Source: Eledone cirrhosa (Eukaryota). From it: a stretch of DNA of 64,000 bases. The notes beneath the pieces are model-generated. The model searched no databases and was not told the origin of the DNA. It saw only the letters and a program-made list of their open reading frames with translations. The stretch spans positions 98,580,001 to 98,644,000 of the forward strand of contig OZ024744.1 of assembly GCA_964016885.1 (NCBI GenBank). The letters are read 5' to 3'. Shown here one piece after another: positions 50,618-64,000 of this stretch; position 1 is the stretch's first letter, and the number at the start of each line of letters is the position of its first letter. The translations under genes and the position numbers were made by a program.

Positions 50618-53600
50618 AACCCAGTCCACTCTAATGTGGTGGTGATGGTGTTGGTAATGGCCCAACAACAAAAAACACCCAGGCCACTCTAATGTGGTGG
50701 TGGTGGTGATGGTGTTGGTAATGGCCCAACAACAAAAAACACCCAGTCCACTCTAATGTGGTGGTGGTGGTGGTGATGGTGTTGGTAATGGCCCAACAAC
50801 AAAAAACACCCAGTCCACTCTAATGTGGTGGTGGTGGTGGTGTTGGTAATGGCCCAACAACAAAAAACACCCAGTCCACTCTAATGTGGTGGTGGTGATG
50901 GTGTTGGTAATGGCCCAACAACAAAAAACACCCAGTCCACTCTAATGTGGTGGTGGTGGTGGTGTTGGTAATGGCCCAACAACAAAAAACACCCAGTCCA
51001 CTCTAATGTGGTGGTGGTGGTGGTGTTGGTAATGGCCCAACAACAAAAAACACCCAGTCCACTCTAATGTGGTGGTGGTGGTGGTGGTGTTGGTAATGGC
51101 CCAACAACAAAAAACACCCAGTCCACTCTAATGTGGTGGTAGTGGTGGTGGTAATGGCCCAACAACAAAAAACACCCAGTCCACTCTAATGTGGTGGTGG
51201 TGGTGTTGGTAATGACCCAACAACAAAAAACACCCAGTCCACTCTAATGTGGTGGTGGTGGTAATGACCCAACAACAAAAAACACCCAGTCCACTCTAAT
51301 GTGGTGGTGATGGTGTTGGTAATGGCCCAACAACAAAAAACACCCAGTCCACTCTAATGTGGTGGTGGTGGTGGTGTTGGTAATGGCCCAACAACAAAAA
51401 ACACCCAGTCCACTCTAATGTGGTGGTGGTGGTGGTGTTGGTAATGGCCCAACAACAAAAAACACCCAGTCCACTCTAATGTGGTGGTGGTGGTAATGAC
51501 CCAACAACAAAAAACACCCAGTCCACTCTAATGTGGTGGTAGTGGTGGTGGTAATGACCCAACAACAAAAAACACCCAGTCCACTCTAATGTGGTGGTGG
51601 TGGTGTTGGTAATGGCCCAACAACAAAAAACACCCAGTCCACTCTAATGTGGTGGTGGTGGTAATGACCCAACAACAAAAAACACCCAGTCCACTCTAAT
51701 GTGGTGGTAGTGGTGGTGGTAATGACCCAACAACAAAAAACACCCAGTCCACTCTAATGTGGTGGTGGTGGTGGTGGTGTTGGTAATGGCCCAACAACAA
51801 AAAACACCCAGTCCACTCTAATGTGGTGGTAGTGGTGGTGTTAATGACCCAACAACAAAAAACACCCAGTCCACTCTAATGTGGTGGTAGTGGTGGTGGT
51901 AATGGTCCAACAACAAAAAACACCCAGTCCACTCTAATGTGGTGGTAGTGGTGGTGGTAATGCCTCAACAACAAAAAACACCCAGTCCACTCTAATGTGG
52001 TAGTGGTGGTGGTGGTGGTAATGACCCAACAACAAAAAACACCCAGTCCACTCTAATGTGGTGGTGGTGGTGGTGGTGGTAATGACCCAACAACAAAAAA
52101 CACCCAGTCCACTCTAATGTGGTGGTGGTGGTGGTGGCGGTAATGACCCAACAACAAAAAACACCCAGTCCACTCTAATGTGGTGGTGGTGGTGGTGGTA
52201 ATGCCCAACAACAAAAAACACCCAGTCCACTCTAATGTGGTGGTGGTGGTGGTGGTGGTAATGACCCAACAACAAAAAACACCCAGTCCACTCTAATGTG
52301 GTGGTAGTGGTGGTGGTAATGCCTCAACAACAAAAAACACCCAGTCCACTCTAATGTGGTGGTGGTGGTGGTGGTAATGACCCAACAACAAAAAACACCC
52401 AGTCCACTCTAATGTGGTGGTGGTGGTGGTGGTGGTAATGACCCAACAACAAAAAACACCCAGTCCACTCTAATGTGGTGGTGGTGGTGGTGGTGGTGGT
52501 AATGACCCAACAACAAAAAACACCCAGTCCACTCTAATGTGGTGGTGGTGGTGGTGGTGGTAATGACCCAACAACAAAAAACACCCAGTCCACTCTAATG
52601 TGGTGGTAGTGGTGGTGGTAATGACCCAACAACAAAAAACACCCAGTCCACTCTAATGTGGTGGTGGTGGTGTTGGTAATGACCCAACAACAAAAAACAC
52701 CCAGTCCACTCTAATGTGGTGGTGGTGGTGTTGGTAATGGCCCAACAACAAAAAACACCCAGTCCACTCTAATGTAGTGGTGTTGGTAATGACCCAACAA
52801 CAAAAAACACCCAGTCCACTCTAATGTGGTGGTGGTGGTAATGGCCCAACAACAAAAAACACCCAGTCCACTCTAATGTGGTGGTAGTGGTGGTGGTAAT
52901 GACCCAACAACAAAAAACACCCAGTCCACTCTAATGTGGTGGTAGTGGTGGTGGTAATGACCCAACAACAAAAAACACCCAGTCCACTCTAATGTAGTGG
53001 TGTTGGTAATGACCCAACAACAAAAAACACCCAGTCCACTCTAATGTGGTGGTGGTGGTAATGGCCCAACAACAAAAAACACCCAGTCCACTCTAATGTG
53101 GTGGTGGTGGTAATGACCCAACAACAAAAAACACCCAGTCCACTCTAATGTGGTGGTAGTGGTGGTGGTAATGACCCAACAACAAAAAACACCCAGTCCA
53201 CTCTAATGTAGTGGTGTTGGTAATGACCCAACAACAAAAAACACCCAGTCCACTCTAATGTGGTGGTGGTGGTAATGGCCCAACAACAAAAAACACCCAG
53301 TCCACTCTAATGTGGTGGTGGTGGTGGTGTTGGTAATGACCCAACAACAAAAAACACCCAGTCCACTCTAATGTGGTGGTGGTGGTAATGGCCCAACAAC
53401 AAAAAACACCCAGTCCACTCTAATGTGGTGGTGGTGGTAATGGCCCAACAACAAAAAACACCCAGTCCACTCTAATGTGGTGGTAGTGGTGGTGGTAATG
53501 ACCCAACAACAAAAAACACCCAGTCCACTCTAATGTGGTGGTAGTGGTGGTGGTAATGACCCAACAACAAAAAACACCCAGTCCACTCTAATGTGGTGGT

Positions 53601-55008
53601 GGTGGTAATGGCCCAACAACAAAAAACACCCAGTCCACTCTAATGTGGTGGTGGTGGTGTTGGTAATGACCCAACAACAAAAAACACCCAGTCCACTCTA
53701 ATGTGGTGGTGGTGGTAATGACCCAACAACAAAAAACACCCAGTCCACTCTAATGTGGTGGTGGTGGTAATGACCCAACAACAAAAAACACCCAGTCCAC
53801 TCTAATGTGGTGGTAGTGGTGGTGGTAATGGCCCAACAACAAAAAACACCCAGTCCACTCTAATGTGGTGGTGGTGGTAATGACCCAACAACAAAAAACA
53901 CCCAGTCCACTCTAATGTGGTGGTAGTGGTGGTGGTAATGACCCAACAACAAAAAACACCCAGTCCACTCTAATGTGGTGGTGGTGGTGGTGGTAATGGC
54001 CCAACAACAAAAAACACCCAGTCCACTCTAATGTGGTGGTGGTGGTGTTGGTAATGACCCAACAACAAAAAACACCCAGTCCACTCTAATGTGGTGGTGG
54101 TGGTGTTGGTAATGACCCAACAACAAAAAACACCCAGTCCACTCTAATGTGGTGGTGGTGGTAATGACCCAACAACAAAAAACACCCAGTCCACTCTAAT
54201 GTGGTGGTGGTGGTAATGACCCAACAACAAAACACACCCAGTCCACTCTAATGTGGTGGTGGTGGTGTTGGTAATGACCCAACAACAAAAAACACCCAGT
54301 CCACTCTAATGTGGTGGTGGTGGTGGTGTTGGTAATGACCCAACAACAAAAAACACCCAGTCCACTCTAATGTGGTGGTGGTGGTGTTGGTAATGACCCA
54401 ACAACAAAAAACACCCAGTCCACTCTAATGTGGTGGTGGTGGTGGTGGTGGTAATGGCCCAACAACAAAACACACCCAGTCCACTCTAATGTGGTGGTGG
54501 TGGTGTTGGTAATGCCCCAACAACAAAAAACACCCAGTCCACTCTAGTGTGGTGGTGGTGGTGTTGGTAATGCCCCAACAACAAAAAACACCCAGTCCAC
54601 TCTAATGTGGTGGTGGTGGTGGTGGTAATGCCCCAACAACAAAAAACACCCAGTCCACTCTAATGTGGTGGTAGTGGTGGTGGTAATGACCCAACAACAA
54701 AAAACACCCAGTCCACTCTAATGTGGTGGTGTTGGTAATGACCCAACAACAAAAAACACCCAGTCCACTCTAATGTGGTGGTAGTGGTGGTGGTAATGGC
54801 CCAACAACAAAAAACACCCAGTCCACTCTAATGTGGTGGTGGTGGTAATGCCTCAACAACAAAAAACACACAGTCCACTCTGTTATGTGGTGGTGGCGTG
54901 GTGATGGTAGTGCCTCAAAAACGAAAAACACCCAGTCCACTCTAATGTGGTGGTGGTTGTGGTAGTGGTGGTGGTAGTGCCTCAAAAACGAAAAACACCC
55001 AGTCCACC
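50618..55008. repeat. ~50-60-bp minisatellite CCCAACAACAAAAAACACCCAGTCCACTCTAAT(GTG)nGTAATG, SINE/RTE-tail derived
   Basis: About 80 visible units; followed by a SINE tail end at ~55040-55105. Confidence 0.97.
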
Positions 55009-55985
55009 TGACCTAGATGTCCTCATAACCTGATATGAAAACCCATCTAACCCATGCAAGCATGGAAAATGGATGTTAAACTATGGTGGTGGTGGTGGTG
55101 GTGGTAGTCGTCATCGTCGTGGCAGTAGCTTTGAGTGGTCACTTTTTGTTGTTTGCATATCTAGGGGATAGAGTGGATGTGATCAATTTTCTTCATCATG
55201 TCTGCTAATTATTACGAAATGTAAACTAAGGGAAATAACTCAAGTCAGCCGACGAGAGTTTTCATAATGATGAATTTAGTTGCGATGTACTACGCCAAAC
55301 TATTCTAAATGTATTGAAATCTACCTTTTTAGTTGAAGGTAAAAAAAAAAAGAGCCCAGTAACAATTGTTAACGACGTTCAGAGAAAAGGGGGAGATAAT
55401 TTGAAGAAATTAAAAATTAATTTTATGTAAGAGTTTTTAAGTTATGTTCCAAACACCAGCTTAATAATGAAAAAGTTAATTATATTACTAAATCTTTAAA
55501 AATTCTTGATTATTTTCAAAATGATTTGAAAATAATAGGCAGTGACTTTTCATTAGAAATATAGTACCAAAAGGGTTATGTTATGTTCCAAACACCAGAT
55601 TAATGATGAGAGAGTTAATTGCAGTACTAAATCCCTCCAAATTCTTCATTATTTTCAAAATTTGTGTGAAAATCATAGACAGTGTCTTTCATTAGAAATA
55701 TGGTAACTGGTAACTGTTGTTTATATTGCTGGATTACCACTATATTTCCAGAATATGTTTTGAGATTCATTCTACATATTTTTTCAAGTTCCTGGCCAAT
55801 GAGCTTTTCTGCCACAATTTAGATTACATTTTACATCTGTTAATTCAATGTTGATTGCATACTTTTTATTGCTCAGTAAGTTGGATAATGTGATCATGTA
55901 GTTATGCATGCATTTTTGTTTCATCTTAGGATTGATTTTTCAGTTTTAGTCACTTCTTCTTCACCCACTTATTTCTGAGAGGGCC

Positions 55986-56335
55986 GTAAGACAACCTCTC
56001 TAGTGCTGGTGGCATGAATAAAAGCACCCAGTCCATGCTGTAAAATGGAGGTAATGGTAGTAGCATTCAGCCATTAAAAGCCATGCCAAAGTATGGAGTG
56101 GAGAGGGCCCCTGAGTCCAGTAAGACAACCTCTCTAGTGCTGGTGGCACGAATAAAAGCACCCAGTCCATGCTGTAAAATGGAGGTAATGGTAGTAGCAT
56201 TCAGCCATTAAAAACCATGCCAAAGTATGGAGTGGAGAGGGCCCCTGAGTCCAGTAAGACAACCTCTCTAGTGCTGGTGGCACAAATAAAAGCACCCAGT
56301 CCATGCTGTAAAGTGGTGCTGGTGAAGCACATCCA
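55986..56335. repeat. ~135-140-bp tandem repeat (2.5 units), also built on the aaaagcacccagtcca..ctgtaaa tail unit
   Basis: taagacaacctctctagtgctggtggca..aataaaagcacccagtccatgctgtaaa occurs three times. Confidence 0.9.
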
Positions 56336-58844
56336 ACCAATTATGAGCACAACAAATAGATGATGATGACTAGATTTCAAGTAGTTAAATATTTGTCTCC
56401 TCTTCCTTTTCTTCCTTCTTCGCCAACTTACTACTGAGATGGTCATGGGGGCAGGGTCCTCAAACACTCCAACGAGTGGGTTCTGCATGGCTGGAAAGTT
56501 TTAGTCACTGTCTCTGAAATAATTTTTTTTTCTCTTTCTGAGTCACTTGTTTCTTCCTGCAACACAATTGATCAATATACTTTGGAATATATCTCGATAT
56601 TTTATCAAATTGGACTAACCAAAAGCATTTGAATATGGATGCCAAATGAAATTTTATTAGCATGGCATTGTTGAAAAGTACAAAACTACTATGACTGTGT
56701 CACATAAAATAATTAAAATCTTTACTGCAAATTTTCACAGCAACCTGTTACACCAGTAACGATACAATAAATATTTGAATTCAAAACTCTCTTTAGATAT
56801 TTTCTGCTTAAACCATTGCAGGATGTTCAGTGTTAAATGTTGCAAGACAACGTTGCATAATAGATGCAGATGATGTTTGTTGCTGCAGTTTGCCTTATAT
56901 CATTGCACAATCATCATGTACTTATCTTCAAAACAATTATTTACAATAAAGTCATCATTGTCATCATCATCATCACCATTTAATGGCTATTTTCCATGCT
57001 TGCATGGGTTAGATGGGCTGTTATGTTCTGAGGCTAGACTGGTCTTGTGACTGTGTCTTGCTCATATGTTCTGTATTTGGCATGGGTTTCTATGGCCGGA
57101 TGCCTTTCTTAATGCCAACTACTTTACAGAGTATACAAGGAGCATTTTAACACAGGGCCAGCCAGTACTATCTACTACCTACATTGCAGAGCTTGAACAA
57201 CAACGACAACTGGGACAACAATTTCATTTTTATATCAATATTTGTAGAGACAGAATAACTTGATGGATAATGTATAGGATTAACAATTCATGGATCGCGC
57301 CCTAGGCCTAGAACCCATCACCCTCCCACTGCCCCCTCCAATTCTTCTGTGACCCTAGAGCCCTTGTCCTTCCCTTCATTTTCTATTTTTGAATATCTGT
57401 AATGTTGTTGTTAAGCGGCGAATTGGCAGTTGTTAGAACGTTGGATAGAATACTTTATGGTATTTGTTCCAGCTCTCTGAGTTCAAATCCCGCCGAGGTC
57501 AAATTTGCCTTTCATTCTTTCAAGGTCAATAAAAAAAGTACCAGTTTTCTACTGAGGTTGATTCTCTCTCTCTCTCTCTCTCTCTGGAAGAAATCTACTG
57601 TACTCTGGCCTGGAGAGGGATGAGTTCCGCCGAGTTTAGAATGCACAAGAAACACTGTATGTCAAAATGATGCACCTACGACTCTATCAGGAGTTACGGG
57701 ATCATACAGATACAGAGTGCTGTTGTTATTTGAAATAGTTTGTTTACGATATTCTTTATTTTTATTAATAAAACATATTTAACTGATCAGTTGATGTATA
57801 TTTATTTTAAAATATAGCATCAAATATCTTTGGTTTTTTTTTGTGTGAAGAGGCAAAATAAATTATTACAAACCAGATAAGGGTAACATCTTCTCTCTCT
57901 CTCTCTCTATCTCTCTACACACACATACACAAATGACGTTCTTTTTTTCTCTCAATCTATATACATATCGCTTGCTTGACACTCCTCCATCTCTCTCTAT
58001 ATATAGATGAGGGTGACGTCATAAATTTCTATCTATCTACCTCTTTCCGTCACCTCAAAAACACTCCCTTTTCTCTCTCTATATACATACATATCTCTCA
58101 TTTGGCATTCCTCCTCTCTATATAAAGTGAGCATGGCGAACAGACAGACAGCACTCCTATTATAATATAGATTAATAAACAGGTTGCAAGGTAAACATAA
58201 GGGGTAAAACATTTTGTTTCTGATAGTTAAGTTCAGTTTGCAATCATAAGTTAGTCCAGGGTTCCTACCCTCTGCATGGCATTTTAACCAAGTGCAAGTG
58301 AAATTGAGTAGCTGTAATTCTAAAAATTCTGTAGCTGTAATTCTAAAAGTCAGCCATGTCACATACATATACACACTGTGCCACACTGGATTTCACTGAG
58401 AATTACCAAACACACTTAAATATAAGCTGAAAATATGTCTGAGAAATGGGCAAAAATTCAAACCCTGTTTATAAACCAAGGCAGCTAATCAACACGTTTA
58501 GATGGTGCAGTTTTGAAATTCTCATGAGTGTAGCATATATTTATGAAGTTTTAATATTTTGATGCTTAAAAAAATTTCAAGTGTTGTTTAGAGCATAGTT
58601 TTTGTTTCACAACCTCAGTTCCCGTATGAGCAAGACAATGTCAGCCGACCGGACACTGCCCACAACAGGAAAACCCGTCTAACCCATGCTAGCATGGGAG
58701 AGTGGACGTAAAACAGTGAGGATGATGATGATGATTACGTTAAGTTTCCACAAGTTTCTTGAATTACTGTTAACCACATGCAAGAAGTACTTTGAAAGCA
58801 AAAGATCGAATAAGAGAACTTTGTATGGGGATTTATAGAGTAGA

Positions 58845-61245
58845 AGAGGGAGAGAGATACAGCAACTGAGAGAGGGGGGGGGGGAATAGAACACAACTAA
58901 GAAAGGGAGAGACAGCAACTGAGAGAGGGGGGGAAGTAGAACGCAACTGAGAGGGGGGGGGAATAGAACACAACTAAGAAAGGGAGAGACAGCAACTGAG
59001 AGAGGGGGGAAGTAGAACGCAACTGAGAGAGGGGGGGAAGTAGACCGCAACTGAGAGAGGAGGGGAAGTAGACCGCAACTGAGAGAGGGGGGGGGGGGTA
59101 GAACGCAACTGAGAAAGGGAGAGACAGCAACTGAGAGAGGGGGGAAGTAGAATGCAACTGAGAGAGGGAGAGACAGCAACGAGAGAAGAGGGAAGTAGAA
59201 CGCAACTGAGAGAGGGAGAGACAGCAACGAGAGAAGGGGGAAGTAGAACGCAACTGAGAGAGGGGGGAAGTAGACCGCAACTGAGAGAGGGGGGAAGTAG
59301 AATGCAACTGAGAGAGGGAGAGACAGCAACGAGAGAAGGGGGAAGTAGAACGCAACTGAGAGAGGGAGAGACAGCAACGAGAGAAGGGGGAAGTAGAACG
59401 CAACTGAGAGAGGGGGGAAGTAGAATGCACTGAGAAAGGGAGAGACAGCAACGAGAGAAGGGGGAAGTAGAACGCAACTGAGAGAGGGAGAGACAGCAAC
59501 GAGAGAAGGGGGAAGTAGAACGCAACTGAGAGAGGGGGGAAGTAGAACGCAACTGAGAGAGGGAGAGACAGCAACGAGAGAAGGGGGAAGTAGAACGCAA
59601 CTGAGAGAGGGGGGAAGTAGAATGCAACTGAGAGAGGGAGAGACAGCAACGAGAGAAGGGGGAAGTAGAACGCAACTGAGAGAGGGAGAGACAGCAACGA
59701 GAGAAGGGGGAAGTAGAACGCAACTGAGAGAGGGGGGAAGTAGAATGCACTGAGAAAGGGAGAGACAGCAACGAGAGAAGGGGGAAGTAGAACGCAACTG
59801 AGAGAGGGAGAGACAGCAACGAGAGAAGGGGGAAGTAGAACGCAACTGAGAGAGGGGGGAAGTAGAACGCAACTGAGAGAGGGAGAGACAGCAACGAGAG
59901 AAGGGGGAAGTAGAACGCAACTGAGAGAGGGGGGAAGTAGAATGCAACTGAGAGAGGGAGAGACAGCAACGAGAGAAGGGGGAAGTAGAACGCAACTGAG
60001 AGAGGGAGAGACAGCAACGAGAGAAGGGGGAAGTAGAACGCAACTGAGAGAGGGGGGAAGTAGAATGCACTGAGAAAGGGAGAGACAGCAACGAGAGAAG
60101 GGGGAAGTAGAACGCAACTGAGAGAGGGAGAGACAGCAACGAGAGAAGGGGGAAGTAGAACGCAACTGAGAGAGGGGGGAAGTAGAACGCAACTGAGAGA
60201 GGGAGAGACAGCAACGAGAGAAGGGGGAAGTAGAACGCAACTGAGAGAGGGGGGAAGTAGAATGCAACTGAGAGAGGGAGAGACAGCAACGAGAGAAGGG
60301 GGAAGTAGAACGCAACTGAGAGAGGGAGAGACAGCAACGAGAGAAGGGGGAAGTAGAACGCAACTGAGAGAGGGGGGAAGTAGACCGCAACTGAGAAAGG
60401 GAGAGACAGCAACGAGAGAAGGGGGAAGTAGAACGCAACTGAGAGAAGGGGGAAGTAGAATGCACTGAGAAAGGGAGAGACAGCAACGAGAGAAGGGGGA
60501 AGTAGAACGCAACTGAGAGAGGGAGAGACAGCAACGAGAGAAGGGGGAAGTAGAACGCAACTGAGAGAGGGGGGAAGTAGAATGCACTGAGAAAGGGAGA
60601 GACAGCAACGAGAGAAGGGGGAAGTAGAACGCAACTGAGAGAGGGAGAGACAGCAACGAGAGAAGGGGGAAGTAGAACGCAACTGAGAGAGGGGGGAAGT
60701 AGACCGCAACTGAGAAAGGGAGAGACAGCAACGAGAGAAGGGGGAAGTAGAACGCAACTGAGAGAAGGGGGAAGTAGAATGCACTGAGAAAGGGAGAGAC
60801 AGCAACGAGAGAAGGGGGAAGTAGAACGCAACTGAGAGAGGGAGAGACAGCAACGAGAGAAGGGGGAAGTAGAACGCAACTGAGAGAGGGGGGAAGTAGA
60901 ATGCACTGAGAAAGGGAGAGACAGCAACGAGAGAAGGGGGAAGTAGAACGCAACTGAGAGAGGGGGGAAGTAGAATGCACTGAGAAAGGGAGAGACAGCA
61001 ACGAGAGAAGGGGGAAGTAGAACGCAACTGAGAGAGGGAGAGACAGCAACGAGAGAAGGGGGAAGTAGAACGCAACTGAGAGAGGGGGGAAGTAGAATGC
61101 ACTGAGAAAGGGAGAGACAGCAACGAGAGAAGGGGGAAGTAGAACGCAACTGAGAGAGGGGGGAAGTAGAATGCAACTGAGAGAGGGGGGAAGTAGACCG
61201 CAACTGGGAAAATGGGGAAGTAGACCGCAACTGAGAGAGGAAGAG
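58845..61245. repeat. Purine-rich composite minisatellite (GGGGGAAGTAGAACGCAACTGAGAGA and GGGAGAGACAGCAACGAGAGAA units) with 320-bp higher-order period
   Basis: An identical block starts at 59401, 59721 and 60041; source of the 690-860 aa spurious minus-strand ORFs. Confidence 0.96.
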
Positions 61246-62995
61246 ATATCGAGATCAATAAAATGTCAGAAGTAAGATTTCAATCTTACATAAGATTGAA
61301 AGAAAAAGTATTAAGTCAGGAAAAAAAACACAGTTGGCAGGCATGCATGTATGTATGTATGTGTGTGTGTGTGCGTGCATGCGTGTGTGTATATGAAAGA
61401 GATATTTATGTATTAAAATGTTCAAATCATAAAAATTTGTTGGAAATTTTTTCAAAGGAAATCATAAATAACATTAATGATGATGTAGTAAATGTAGATA
61501 TTTTAGTACCTTATTTATGTAGAATTTGAAGTGGGTAAAAATCAGCAAAATATTGACCTCAAAAATAAGCATGCCGCTCCTCAATTTTACCATTAGTTTT
61601 TTTTTTCTTTTTTTCTCCACATATTTCCCAGCTTATATACAGTATGTTATAGGTACATGTGGAATGCCCGGCCACTTACACATTAACTCATGAGCGGGTT
61701 GTTCTGTTGGACAAATGACTGGGACATGCATTGTGAAAACCATTTTTGATAAGCAAGGGGTCTACATTTTCTAGATAGAGGTTAAGCATGGCCAGGAAAA
61801 AATTAATATTGTATTCCCTTCTACCATTTAAGCATTATTTAAATTGTCTCTATATCAAGATGGTTTTTTTTTGATATTTTAAACTTGTAATATCCTGTAA
61901 TGGTTTAGCAGAAAATAGCTAAAAAATGGTTTAATTCAAATGTTTATAGTATCATTACTATAGATGGCAAATTGACAGAGCTGTTAGAATATTGGATAGA
62001 AGGCCGTGTGGTATTTGTTCTGGCTGTCTGAGTTAAAATCCTGCTGAGGTCAACTTTGGTACTTTTTTTATTGACCTCAAAAAGATGAAAGGCAGTCAAG
62101 TACTGGGTCAATTCTTCCTCTATATCTCTTTCTCACACATTCTATCCTTCTCTGGAAGAAATCTGCTGTACTCAGACCTATAGAAGAATCTGGCTCTGCC
62201 AAGCTTAAAATGCCCAAGAAACACAGTATGAGTGTGTCATTACAGTGCCCCTACGATTCCATTAGGAGTTAAGGGACCATACCATACCATTATCTTTACT
62301 AGTGGACAGATTGTTGTGAAAACTTGCAGTATCACAATAGAGGCTGTAATATTTTATGTGATGTAGTTATTTATGCTAAAAATAATGTTGTGTATGTTTG
62401 ATTGTTAATTATCTCTTAACATCCTGTAATGATTTAGCAGAAAATATCTAAAAATAGGTTTGTTAATTCAAATGTTTATAATATCTTTACTAGGGGACAG
62501 ATTGATGTAAAAATCTGAAGTACTATCTCTTAACATCCTTTAATAATTTAGCAGGAAATATCTAAAAACATGTTTAATTCAAATGTTTATAGTATCGTTA
62601 CTATAGACAACAAATTGGCAGAGCTGTTAGAATGTCGGATAGAATGCTTTGTGGTATTTGTTCTGGCTCTCTGAGGTCAACTTTGCCTTTCATCCTTTCG
62701 AGGTCAATATAAAAAGCACCAGTTTAGTACTGGGGTCAATTCTTCTGGTGGACAGAATGTTGTAAAAAGTTGCAGTATTAAAGACTAAAACTTTTAATAT
62801 TTAATATGATGCAGTTATCGTGCTATTTTATAGTTTTCAAGAATGTCTTGCTAATGTGGTTTATGTGCTATATGTCGTTACAAGTTAAAATTTCTTTTAC
62901 AGTTACATTTTAAATTATTCTAAACATGGCTTACATAATACTCTGTTAATAAATGCAGAAAAGTATATAATCGATATTATTTTTTTTAAATTCAG

Positions 62996-63102
62996 GATCA
63001 GCTAGAACAGAAGGTTTTTACAAGATTAGTAACAGAGAAAAGGCTGGATACCTTTGTCATGCCAATAATATGACAAAAACAGCTGAGGCTGGACAACAAA
63101 AC
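62996..63102 (+). CDS. SETD1: SETD1-like exon 12 with WIN motif (GSARTEGFYKISNREKAGYLCHANNMTKTAEAGQQN)
   Basis: ttcag| acceptor (phase 1 completes the Gly from exon 11), |gtatgt donor. GSAR(S/T)EG.Y.IS..EK..YL is the WDR5-interaction motif. Confidence 0.93.
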
Positions 63103-63189
63103 GTATGTTATTTATTTTGGTTTATTCAAATTTATTTTCTCGTTATTCTTTCACTAATCAATTTTCTTCTTGTCATATGACATGCACAG

Positions 63190-64000
63190 TAGCTAGAGAG
63201 GTAAGTCGAAAACAGTCAGCCAGACCATGGTGTCATTTGCCTCCAAGCACTGGGAAAACGTCTGAGGGGGCAGTCTCAAACCACATGCAGTCAGGGTCCC
63301 AACAGTCACATGCTGGGCCATCTTTCATTTATAGAGATGATTGGCTGTCCCGGGATGCATTGTGCAGATCTGATTAAGGGACACCTATTGCTTTCTGGGA
63401 ATGTCAAAGCCAGCTGGTTGGCAAATTTGGACTCATTCCATGATCTTCACCACTCTTCCTTGATTCCCAGAATGGTTTGCGTGATTTCAAGTGCATGTTG
63501 GGATGGTTTTCCAGGTCTCTATGGATGGGAAGGTTGGGCTTGGACTTAAGAAGTGCTGTGTCATGGATCATCTTTTGACGCCGCATGTGTGAAGGAGCTA
63601 TATGAGAAAGAGTAGGCAACTACTGAGTAGATGTAGATTTCTGTGTGCAAGATATTATTCTCATTGCTGAGTTGAGGATGGTGTCAACTTGCTTGGCATG
63701 ACATCTCCCTGTCCAGACCGGTCAACAGTACTCTGCAACTTAATATGAGTGATAAGCACGCAATTCGGAGTGTGTTGGTGTGTGTGTGTACATCAGACCC
63801 CATCTGTTTCCTGCCAACTTGCAGGTGATATTTATTCTGGTCTTGAGCTTTCCAGCAACTCTCTTTTAGATGCTCTCTGTAGATCAGGCTGGGATCCAAT
63901 GTTACACCAAGATATTTGGGGTGTGGGTCGTTCTTGACAGGCTTACCACAGAAGGAGACCTTGAGTTCCGCCCTAGCTTATCTAGGGCTGAGATGGAAGG
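63190..64000 (-). mobile_element. Degraded Ingi/Vingi-like LINE C-terminal region
   Basis: Minus frames give LDPSLIYREHLK, KLAGNRWG, NTLRIACLSL, VAEYC.PVW, LPTLSHIAPSHMRR and PACDC. Confidence 0.6.

Larger units (their letters stand above)
20553..63102 (+). other. SETD1: SETD1/Set1-like histone H3K4 methyltransferase gene (partial; 12 coding exons in window, SET domain downstream of window)
   Basis: Twelve AG/GT-bounded exons join in frame (intron phases 0,0,0,1,0,0,1,1,2,2,1). They give motifs matching metazoan SETD1A/B in the expected order: RNYRLLKDP...YRFDG, VPKFK, RRM, SLDSR, MQKDLCKKMVENSAFKSFEKWW, GIRG..MPSFK, N-SET, WIN GSARTEG. Confidence 0.95.

Noticed and set aside
55225-55320. 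Possible intronic C/D snoRNA (ATGATGA box and a small hairpin)
   Set aside because: No matching CTGA D box or terminal stem found.
58679-61258. 691-859 aa minus-strand ORFs in all three frames
   Set aside because: A pyrimidine-rich satellite strand lacking stop codons; open in every frame, with no domain or splice support.

Overview
AT-rich, microsatellite- and transposon-dense eukaryotic genomic DNA, probably an invertebrate. The SINE/RTE repertoire is most reminiscent of an octopod cephalopod (inference). The one host gene I can reconstruct is a + strand SETD1/Set1-type (COMPASS) H3K4 methyltransferase. It has 12 coding exons from 20553 to 63102 with GT-AG junctions that splice in frame, encoding the N-terminal WDR82-binding region, RRM, low-complexity middle, two HCF-1-binding motifs, N-SET and WIN; the SET domain lies beyond the window. 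The rest is intronic or intergenic: CR1-, RTE/RTEX-, CRE-, Vingi- and Penelope-like retroelement pieces, two tRNA-SINE families, Helitron-like and TTAA/TA MITEs, (TA)n tracts and four large minisatellites. Most long ORFs in the track are repeat artefacts. The most notable observations are: a PHD finger inserted inside an RTE reverse transcriptase; a head-to-head Helitron palindrome with tail-to-head junctions; a twin-priming-like inverted RTE/RTEX copy; (TA)n-embedded fold-back elements; decayed minimal hammerhead motifs; and a 4.4-kb satellite grown from a SINE/LINE tail sub-repeat. Family names come from recalled motifs, not database searches. I found no clear novel multi-gene system.
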